From the NCBI GenBank assembly GCA_038230375.1, contig JBBRNJ010000034.1:22174-86173 (forward strand): a DNA stretch of 64,000 nucleotides, given 5' to 3'. Source of the DNA: Polyangiales bacterium (GTDB lineage Bacteria > Myxococcota_A > Polyangia > Polyangiales > Polyangiaceae). Shown in pieces: positions 21,988 through 29,448 of this stretch (its first letter is position 1; the number at the start of each line of letters is the position of its first letter). A program made the translations under genes and the position numbers. The notes under the pieces were generated by a model that searched no databases, was not told the DNA's origin, and saw only the letters and a program-made list of their open reading frames with translations.

Positions 21988-22716
21988 ATGCTCCGCCGTC
22001 TACCACTGCCCATTGCGATCTCCCTTGTCCTCGTTGCCTGTAGCGCCAGCGATGAAGGAGGCAGCGATGGTGATTCGCCGGACGTTGCCATCAGCGGGCT
22101 GCAGGTCTCGCCGGACAAGTGCCCGAGCGATCGCCCGGGCTTCACGGAGCCGACGGACGCGCAGAAGGCAGCGGCAGTGACCGCGCACGTGGGTGTCGAT
22201 CCGAACGGCATCATCCCCAAGAACCTGCTCGCCGACGCGCTCGGGTTCCTGGACGTGAACACGGACAAGTTCGACAACCAGCGGTACATGGCGGTCGTCG
22301 ACTTCTCGAAGTCCAACTCCAAGAAGCGCTTCTTCCTGGTGAACCTGGAGACGGGCGCGGTGGAAGCCCATCAGGTCGCGCATGGCACCGGCAGCGATCC
22401 CGGTCACACCGGAACGCCCACGCGCTTCGGCAACGTCAACAACTCGTTCATGTCGTCGCTGGGGTACTACCGCACGATGGACACGTACGACGGCAAGCAT
22501 CCGCACTCGCTGCAGCTGTCCGGTCTGTCCACCACGAACGATCAGGTGTGCCGGCGCAGCATCATCGTTCACCCTGCGAGCTACGTGCGTGACAACGGAC
22601 AGGCCACGGGTATGTCGGAAGGTTGCTTCGCGCTGGATCCGAGCCAGTCAGTTGCGGTCGTGGACAAGCTGAAGCACGGTGGGTTGATCTTCGCGGGGAG
22701 AAGCGCGGTCAACTAG
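21988..22716 (+). CDS. Murein L,D-transpeptidase catalytic-domain lipoprotein (YkuD_2-like)
   Basis: Lipobox LVAC. VVDFSK.N.KKRF, VAHGTGS, SSLGYY, IIVHPASYV...GMSEGCFA (catalytic His/Cys). Confidence 0.88.
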   Translation: MLRRLPLPIAISLVLVACSASDEGGSDGDSPDVAISGLQVSPDKCPSDRPGFTEPTDAQKAAAVTAHVGVDPNGIIPKNLLADALGFLDVNTDKFDNQRYMAVVDFSKSNSKKRFFLVNLETGAVEAHQVAHGTGSDPGHTGTPTRFGNVNNSFMSSLGYYRTMDTYDGKHPHSLQLSGLSTTNDQVCRRSIIVHPASYVRDNGQATGMSEGCFALDPSQSVAVVDKLKHGGLIFAGRSAVN

Positions 22717-22770
22717 TTCGACTTCGACCTCGACCTCGACCTCGACCTCGACCTCGACGATGACCTCGAC
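22717..22770 (+). repeat. Intergenic hexamer tandem array (YTCGAC) x9, bracketed by CTAG on both sides
   Basis: ctag ttcgac ttcgac ctcgac x5 gatgac ctcgac ctag. Confidence 0.95.
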
Positions 22771-22786
22771 CTAGAGTGGCGGGGAC

Positions 22787-24307
22787 ATGTCGAGAGCGAT
22801 CCATCTTTCCGTTGGGTGCGTGGTGATCTTTGCGGCTTGCGGTGAGGCGCCTCCGCTTGCGAAGGTTCCTGCGGCTGGCATGTGCATGGACCCTGGCGCG
22901 GATGCCGGTGTTGCAGTGGCGGTGACGCCGGTGGAGCCGATCCCCGTTGCGTCGGGTGATGCCGGGGCGGTGACCGCGATGCCTCCGTGGATGAGCGCGG
23001 CGCTGGAGTCGACTTCGGCGTACGACGTTGCGCGTTCGCTTTCCGACGAGGTGGGGCCGCGGCTTGCGGGGTCCGAGGGCGACGCTCGCGCGGTGGCGTG
23101 GGGCGTGCGCACCATGAATGCGATGGGCTTCGCGAACGTGCACACGGAGCCCGTCATGGTGCCGGTGTGGAAGCGTGGCGCAGAGTCCGCGGAGATCGTC
23201 TCGCCGTCGCACCAGCCGCTCGCGGTGACGGCGCTCGGGTGGAGCGGCTCCACGCCCAGGGGCGGTGTGACGGCGGAGGTGATGGAGGTCGACTCCGTCG
23301 AGGCGCTGATGAAGCTGCCCAAGGATGCGGCCAAGGGAAAGATCGTGTTCGCGAACGTGGTCATGCAGCGCACGAACGACGGGATGGGCTACGGCGCTGC
23401 AGTGCCTGCGCGCGGGCAAGGGCCGATCGCTGCCATGACCGCGGGCGCAGTCGCGTTCATCGTGCGATCGGTGACGCCGAACATGGACCGTTTCCCGCAC
23501 ACCGGCGCGGCCGCGCTGCGTGCGATCAAGAATCCGCTCCCCGCCGCGGCGATCTCCACGGCCGACGCTGATCTCCTTGCGCGCACGCTCGCGAAGAGCC
23601 CGAACGCGAAGGTGCATCTGGCGCTCCAGTCGGAGCACCCGAAGGACGCGGAGAGCGCGAACGTCGTCGGGGAGATCGCCGGAACGGAGAAGAAGGACGA
23701 GATCGTGTTGCTCGGCGCGCATCTGGACTCGTGGGACATCGGTCGCGGCGCGCTGGATGATGGCGCGGGCGTCGGTATCGTCATGTCGGCCGCGCAGACG
23801 GTGCAGGCACGCGCGCGCGCAGAGGGAAAGGCGGGCCCAGGTCGTACCGTGCGCGTGGTGCTCTTCGCCGCGGAGGAGAACTCCGTGTCGGGCGGCAAGG
23901 CGTATGCAGCCGCGCATCGTGCTCAGGCGAGCTCGTACGTGCTCGCGATGGAGGCGGACAGCGGCACCGAGCGCGCGCTGTTCGCGCGGTTCATCGGTGA
24001 CGACGCCGGCAAGGCCACGTTCGCCTCCGTGGTGAAGGGGCTTGCGCCGCTCGGCATCATGCAGAACGACGGCAATGCGCACGCAGGCACCGACGTGGGG
24101 TTCATGGTGGAGGCGGGCGTGCCCACGATAGACCTGCGACAGGACGCCACCCGCTACTTCGACGTGCATCACACAGCGGCCGATACCGCCGACAAGCTCG
24201 ATGTTCGCGCGCTCGCGCAGGTGTCCGCTGGTTTCGCGCACGTCGTGTACGAGGCGTGCGAGCCGCGCGTTTCTTTCGGGCGCGCACCGCAGAAGAAGCC
24301 AGAGTGA
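22787..24307 (+). CDS. Peptidase M28 family with PA domain (carboxypeptidase Q-like), lipoprotein
   Basis: Lipobox FAAC. VGPRLAGS, GAHLDSWD, GALDDGAG, FAAEE, EADSG, HHT..DT. Confidence 0.9.
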   Translation: MSRAIHLSVGCVVIFAACGEAPPLAKVPAAGMCMDPGADAGVAVAVTPVEPIPVASGDAGAVTAMPPWMSAALESTSAYDVARSLSDEVGPRLAGSEGDARAVAWGVRTMNAMGFANVHTEPVMVPVWKRGAESAEIVSPSHQPLAVTALGWSGSTPRGGVTAEVMEVDSVEALMKLPKDAAKGKIVFANVVMQRTNDGMGYGAAVPARGQGPIAAMTAGAVAFIVRSVTPNMDRFPHTGAAALRAIKNPLPAAAISTADADLLARTLAKSPNAKVHLALQSEHPKDAESANVVGEIAGTEKKDEIVLLGAHLDSWDIGRGALDDGAGVGIVMSAAQTVQARARAEGKAGPGRTVRVVLFAAEENSVSGGKAYAAAHRAQASSYVLAMEADSGTERALFARFIGDDAGKATFASVVKGLAPLGIMQNDGNAHAGTDVGFMVEAGVPTIDLRQDATRYFDVHHTAADTADKLDVRALAQVSAGFAHVVYEACEPRVSFGRAPQKKPE

Positions 24308-24337
24308 CGAGCCCCGCGACACGGTAGACTGCCGCAT

Positions 24338-25198
24338 GTGAGGCGCCCGCCCGAGCCCGACCTGACGCAGCGTCTCCAGCTCACGGAGCGCGCGCGGCGC
24401 GTGCGCGAGCGAATCCTGGACGTCACGTGGACGTCCGGCAGCGGGCACGTGGGCGGCGCGCTGTCCGAAGCGGACGTGCTGGTCGCCCTGTATTTCTCGG
24501 CGCTCCGCGTGGATCCGAAGAGACCCGCATGGCCGGAGCGCGACCGCTTCGTCCTTTCAAAGGGACACGGTGGGCTCGGGCTTGCCGTCACGCTGTGCGA
24601 GCGCGGGTTCATATCGGACGCGGACCTCGCCGCGTTCGGTGAGTCGTTCCACGCGGTGGGCATGCACATGGATCACGCTCGCGTGCCCGGCGTCGAGGTG
24701 TCCACCGGCTCGCTCGGGCATGGGCTTGGTGTGTCGGTGGGCATCGCGCTGGGCGCAAAGATGCAGAATGCATCCTTTCGCACCGTGTGCCTCCTCTCCG
24801 ACGGCGAGTGCTACGAGGGCAGCACGTGGGAGGCCGCGATGTCCGCGCCCGCGCTGGGGCTTACGGGCCTTGTCGCGGTGGTCGATCGCAATCGCCTCAC
24901 GATGGATGGCGACACGGAGTCGGAGGTTCCGCTCGAGCCGCTCGCCGAAAAGTGGCGCGCATTCGGCTGGCGCGTCGTCACATGCGATGGCCACGACATG
25001 GACGCGCTGTGCGCTGCGTTGTTCGGCGCGTTCGCGGACGGCGCGGCCGGGCCCACCGTGATCATCGCGGAGACAGTGAAGGGCAAAGGCGTGTCGTTCA
25101 TGGAGCACCGGCCCGAGTGGCACTACGGCGCGCTTGATTCTTCGATGTATGCCCGAGCGCTGGCGGACGTTCGCCGCAGCGCGCGAGAAATCCCATGA
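24338..25198 (+). CDS. Transketolase, N-terminal (TPP-binding) subunit
   Basis: GHVGGALS, RDRFVLSKGH, STGSLGHGL, SDGECYEGSTWEA, TVKGKG. Confidence 0.9.
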   Translation: MRRPPEPDLTQRLQLTERARRVRERILDVTWTSGSGHVGGALSEADVLVALYFSALRVDPKRPAWPERDRFVLSKGHGGLGLAVTLCERGFISDADLAAFGESFHAVGMHMDHARVPGVEVSTGSLGHGLGVSVGIALGAKMQNASFRTVCLLSDGECYEGSTWEAAMSAPALGLTGLVAVVDRNRLTMDGDTESEVPLEPLAEKWRAFGWRVVTCDGHDMDALCAALFGAFADGAAGPTVIIAETVKGKGVSFMEHRPEWHYGALDSSMYARALADVRRSAREIP

Positions 25199-25211
25199 TG
25201 CGAGGCACGTC

Positions 25212-27089
25212 ATGGCGCGCGTGAAGGGCTTCACGTGGACGGTGGCGGACCACGAGCTCTTGTCGTCATCCGATGCGTGGGGCGACACGCTTGTCGATCT
25301 CGCACTCGAGGACGCGCGCGTGGTGGCGGTGACCGCGGATCTGGGCACCACCACGAAGCTTGCGCGCATGCGGCGCGAGATGCCCGCGCGCTTCGTCAAC
25401 GTGGGCGTGGCGGAGCAGAACCTGATGGCGGTCGCCGCGGGGCTCGCGTCCACGGGGCTCACACCGGTGGTGTGCACGTACGCGACCTTTGCGGCGCTGC
25501 GAGCGGCGGAGTTCGTGCGCACGGACATCGCGTACAACGCGCGCAATGTGAAGATCATCGGCACGCTCGCGGGCGTGGCGTTCGGTCAGGGCGGACCCAC
25601 GCATCATACGCTCGAAGACCTGGCGTTCCTGCGCGCGATCCCCGGGCTCGTCGTGCTCTCGCCGCGTGACGGCGACGAGATGTGCTGCGCCCTGCGAGCG
25701 GCGCTGGCACACGAGGGCCCCGTGTACATCCGCTACGGACGTGGAACGGAGGAGCCGATCGCGCGCACCGCACCGTTCGCGATCGGTCGCGCGGAGCTGT
25801 TGCGCGAAGGAGCGGATGTCGGGCTGATCGCGACCGGCGTCACCGTGGCGGAGGCCATGCGCGCAGCGGACAGGCTCGCGCAGCACGGGATCGAGGCGAC
25901 AGTGCAGGCACACGCTTCACTATCGCCGTTCGACGCGGACGCAGTGCTGTCGTTGGCAAAGCGTGTCCCGCGCATCATCACCGTGGAGGACCACAGCGTG
26001 AACGGCGGCCTGGGAGGCGCAGTGTGCGAGGTGATCGCGGGCGCCGGGATTGCGTGCAGAGTGCACCGATTGGGGCACCAGGGGCGCTGGCTGGGGATGG
26101 GGGTGCCAGAGGACCTGATGCATGAGGGCGGGTTCGATGAGGACGCGATCGTGGGAGAGGCGAGGAAAGCGACCTCGACGACGACAGCTTCGACAACGAC
26201 CTCGACGACGACAGCTTCGACAACGACCTCGACAACGACCTCGACCTCGACCCCGACCTCGACAACGACCTCGACCTCGACAACGACCTCGACCTTCGAT
26301 CCTGATCGTTGCAGGGCGCATGTCTTTCTCTCTGCGCTTCTTCCTCTCCTCGAGCTCGTGTGCCGGTCGCGGCCTTCGGTTGCCGAGCGGGTGGGTCGTA
26401 CGGGTGGGGTTGTGTTGCTCGAGGTGGCTGGGACGGAGCTTGCTGCTCGCGTGTGTTTCCGTGCGGACGGGCTTCGGGTGGAGGAGGGGCGGGGTGACGC
26501 GGATGTCCGGTGCTCGTGGTCGGATTCGCGTGCTCTCGCTCGGTTCTTTGCGGGGAAGCCGTCGCTGCCTCGCGTGACGCCGCTCTTCGGGGTCGCGAGC
26601 GCGCGGCTTTGCGCCCGCACGGTGGGGCTGCTCTCGGAGCTCTCTGTCCTGGAGCCGCAGAGCGAGCGCGCGCGTGCTCGGCTCTCGTCGGAGGAGAAGG
26701 CGATCCGTGTGGGGCTGATCCTGTCGCTCGTGCCGCGCGCGCTCACCGCGCTACACGAGGGCGGGTATCCGAAGATGCGTGCCTTCGCGGCGCGCAGCCC
26801 TGAGCGCGTCTATCAGTGGAGCGTCACGGGAACGGACATCGCATCGTACCTGCACGTGCACGACGGTGCCGTGCGCTGTGGGCCCGGAGTCCACGACGGT
26901 CGCGCCGCGTTCGTGTCGTTCGTGTTCGCGGATGCAGAGGCCGCGTTCGACATCCTCACGTCGGAGCAGAGCTCGATGCGCGGCTTTCGCGCCGGCTCGG
27001 TGGCCACGTACGGCAGCCCCGAATACGCAAGGAAGGTGAGCCTCTTGATGCAGGAGATGGACGCGTTCCTGCGCGAAGACCAGCGATGA
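25212..27089 (+). CDS. Transketolase C-terminal subunit fused through a Thr/Ser repeat to a domain of about 260 aa, tentatively SCP2-like
   Basis: TADL, NVGVAEQN, GGPTHH, GPVYIRY, TVEDHS..GGLG. The frame stays open through the repeat into a second globular domain. The SCP2-like call is tentative. Confidence 0.8.
   Translation: MARVKGFTWTVADHELLSSSDAWGDTLVDLALEDARVVAVTADLGTTTKLARMRREMPARFVNVGVAEQNLMAVAAGLASTGLTPVVCTYATFAALRAAEFVRTDIAYNARNVKIIGTLAGVAFGQGGPTHHTLEDLAFLRAIPGLVVLSPRDGDEMCCALRAALAHEGPVYIRYGRGTEEPIARTAPFAIGRAELLREGADVGLIATGVTVAEAMRAADRLAQHGIEATVQAHASLSPFDADAVLSLAKRVPRIITVEDHSVNGGLGGAVCEVIAGAGIACRVHRLGHQGRWLGMGVPEDLMHEGGFDEDAIVGEARKATSTTTASTTTSTTTASTTTSTTTSTSTPTSTTTSTSTTTSTFDPDRCRAHVFLSALLPLLELVCRSRPSVAERVGRTGGVVLLEVAGTELAARVCFRADGLRVEEGRGDADVRCSWSDSRALARFFAGKPSLPRVTPLFGVASARLCARTVGLLSELSVLEPQSERARARLSSEEKAIRVGLILSLVPRALTALHEGGYPKMRAFAARSPERVYQWSVTGTDIASYLHVHDGAVRCGPGVHDGRAAFVSFVFADAEAAFDILTSEQSSMRGFRAGSVATYGSPEYARKVSLLMQEMDAFLREDQR
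26170..26299 (+). repeat. TCGAC-core tandem array with a 27-bp higher-order duplication, in frame (TSTTT...)
   Basis: gacctcgacgacgacagcttcgacaac x2 (26171-26224), followed by gacctc/gacaac/gacccc units. Confidence 0.95.
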
Positions 27090-27102
27090 GGAGACGGGGC
27101 GC

Positions 27103-27678
27103 TTACCTGACGTTGAAGCTGAAGCCGATGGTCTGCTGACAGAACGCCGCACCGGCGAGGTCCGAGGCCGAGGTGTCGAGCGCCGCGCTCGGATCACCGC
27201 TGGCGCCGAACATGAAGCGGCCCTCGATGTACCGGCGGCCCTCCTTGTTGGGGAACGTGAAGGTCTGGTTCACATCGTACCGAACCGTATCGGTGCCCGA
27301 GTTCTTGACCTTGTGAAACGATTGCACCAGCGCGTCGGTCGCCGGTAGCTTGCCCGAGTAGGAGGTGATCTCCACGGCGCGGACGTTGATGCTCGACATG
27401 GTCACCGCGCCAAACCAGACCACGACGCGGACCTTGAGTTCGTCGGTGTGGCAAATCTTGTCGTCGCCCGGCAAGGTCTCGTCCCACGAATCCATCGCCT
27501 CCAATCCAGTGCGCAGTGAGTCGATGAAGTAGCCATCCTCCTGGATGCGCCCGTCGCTCTCGCCGAGCGTGGAGTTGTTCGCGCCCAGCGACTCGCTGGA
27601 TGACGAACCGCATCCGGTCGTGGTCGCGATGGACGCAACAAGCGCGAGACAGGCGATGGGGGCGGAGTGGTGTTTCAT
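27103..27678 (-). CDS. Hypothetical lipoprotein
   Basis: MKHHSAPIACLALVASIATTTG-C signal. The start at ATG 27678 lies within the longer computed ORF. Confidence 0.65.
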   Translation of the reverse strand: MKHHSAPIACLALVASIATTTGCGSSSSESLGANNSTLGESDGRIQEDGYFIDSLRTGLEAMDSWDETLPGDDKICHTDELKVRVVVWFGAVTMSSINVRAVEITSYSGKLPATDALVQSFHKVKNSGTDTVRYDVNQTFTFPNKEGRRYIEGRFMFGASGDPSAALDTSASDLAGAAFCQQTIGFSFNVR

Positions 27679-27849
27679 TGACGAGACATGCAGCACCGAC
27701 CGTGCCACCAACGAGAGGCCCATTTCTCCCGCAAAACGACCGTTCTTGCTCCTCCCATCGAACGTCGATCGCACTATCGGTGCGCCGTCACGATCCACTG
27801 GATCGCTCAACCGCGCCGTGAGCGATCGTCGTCCCGGGGCGCATGTGGG

Positions 27850-28995
27850 ATGATGAGCCTCTCCGCGATCACCATGGAAACGACCGCCTACTACGCGTTC
27901 GGTGTGCCGCTCTACGCGATGCTCGTGGTGGTCGAGTGGTGGCTCGCGCGTCGTCGTCGTCATCCGACGCTGTCGTTCGCGCCCAGCGTGGGCAACATCA
28001 CGGCGGGGCTCGGGTCCATCGTGGTGGGCCTGTTTCTGGGCCCCGCGCTGCTGCTGCTGTATGCGTTCGGTGAATCTCATATGGCGCTCGTGCACTGGCC
28101 GAAGGGCTCCCCTGTCACGTGGGTGCTCGCGTTCGTGCTCGCGGACTTCGGGCACTACTGGCACCACCGTATGGACCATCGCGTGGCCGCGTGCTGGGCG
28201 GTGCACGGCGTGCACCACATGCCCGAGGAGATGAACTTCACCGTGGCGATGCGCCATGCGTGGTTCTCCGATCTCTACTCGTTTCCGTTCTACATGCCGC
28301 TGCCCATGCTCGGCGTGCCCATGGAGCAGTTCTTCATCGCCACCACCGCGCTGTCGGTGCACGCGCTGATCACGCACTCCGCGGAGTACCGCTTTCCCAG
28401 CTTCGGCTTTCTGGTCACGCCGCAGTCGCACATGCTCCATCACGCGAAGAACTCGCCCTACATGGACAAGAACTTCGGCGCGATGCTCGGCATCTGGGAC
28501 CGCATCTTCGGGACGTACGTGGAGCTCGACCCAAGGTCCCCGCCGGAGTGGGGCACCACGCGTGGCTATGCCACGCACGACGGGACGAAGGCCCAGTGGG
28601 TCCTCTGGCGCGATCTGCTGCAGCAGGTACGGCTCGCGAGCGGCGCGTCCGCCAGGATACGCGTGCTCCTGGGGCGCCCCACGAAGGCTGGGCTCCCGCC
28701 GGTGCTCTCGCCTCCACTTCCGGAGCAGATCTCCCCGCCCACCAAGGTCTACGTGGCGGCGCAGCTCGGGCTCACGATGGTCGCGTCGCTCTGGGTCTTC
28801 ATCGGTCGCGACCACCACTCGTGGACCGTACTCGTGGTCTCCGCGGCGCTGATCACGTGGGCGATGTCCTCGCTGTGCGGGCTGCTCGACGCCCGGCCGC
28901 GCGCGACGATCCGCGAAGGAATGCGGCTGTTCGTGACCGCGGTCGCCCTCTCGCTGATGTTCGCGCCATCGGGTCTTGCGGCGACAATCCCCTGA
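27850..28995 (+). CDS. Sterol desaturase/fatty-acid hydroxylase family membrane protein (alkylglycerol monooxygenase-like)
   Basis: His boxes HYWHHRMDH, HGVHH and HMLHH. EEMNFTVAMR, DKNFG...IWDRIFGT. Extra C-terminal transmembrane region. Confidence 0.88.
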   Translation: MMSLSAITMETTAYYAFGVPLYAMLVVVEWWLARRRRHPTLSFAPSVGNITAGLGSIVVGLFLGPALLLLYAFGESHMALVHWPKGSPVTWVLAFVLADFGHYWHHRMDHRVAACWAVHGVHHMPEEMNFTVAMRHAWFSDLYSFPFYMPLPMLGVPMEQFFIATTALSVHALITHSAEYRFPSFGFLVTPQSHMLHHAKNSPYMDKNFGAMLGIWDRIFGTYVELDPRSPPEWGTTRGYATHDGTKAQWVLWRDLLQQVRLASGASARIRVLLGRPTKAGLPPVLSPPLPEQISPPTKVYVAAQLGLTMVASLWVFIGRDHHSWTVLVVSAALITWAMSSLCGLLDARPRATIREGMRLFVTAVALSLMFAPSGLAATIP

Positions 28996-29041
28996 CGCGT
29001 TAATTCAAGTCCAGGATCGCCCGTCTTCATGGGTAACCGCC

Positions 29042-29317
29042 ATGATGCTCCCGTCGCTCCCCGCGTTTCAGCCGTTCGAGATCTCCTCCGGAAAAGTGCG
29101 TGCGCTGTTCGCGCAGTACCGCCTGGCCGGATGTCCCATCGGGTGCCCGCGGTGCGATGAGCGCTCGGTGGGGATGACGGTGAGCAACCTGCCCAGCATC
29201 TACCGCCTCCACTGCGTGGACTGCGGCTGGCGCACGCCGTGGTTCGAGTCGATGGCTGGCGAGGACCACCTCGTGCTCGTCCACGGACTCGACCCGATCA
29301 TGCACGGCAGCGTCTGA
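29042..29317 (+). CDS. Small putative zinc-ribbon protein
   Basis: CPRC...CVDC pairs and high-GC3 codons. Confidence 0.55.
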   Translation: MMLPSLPAFQPFEISSGKVRALFAQYRLAGCPIGCPRCDERSVGMTVSNLPSIYRLHCVDCGWRTPWFESMAGEDHLVLVHGLDPIMHGSV

Positions 29318-29448
29318 GAGCGCCCGCGCAGCACTCCGCAACACCGCTGGCAGCAGAAGGTTCACGGAAATCTGCCTGGGCCGTGTGAAGCACGATCGTT
29401 GTTTTCCGGAGGGCGCCAGCGGGCGCGGCACGTGGTATTTCACGGAGC

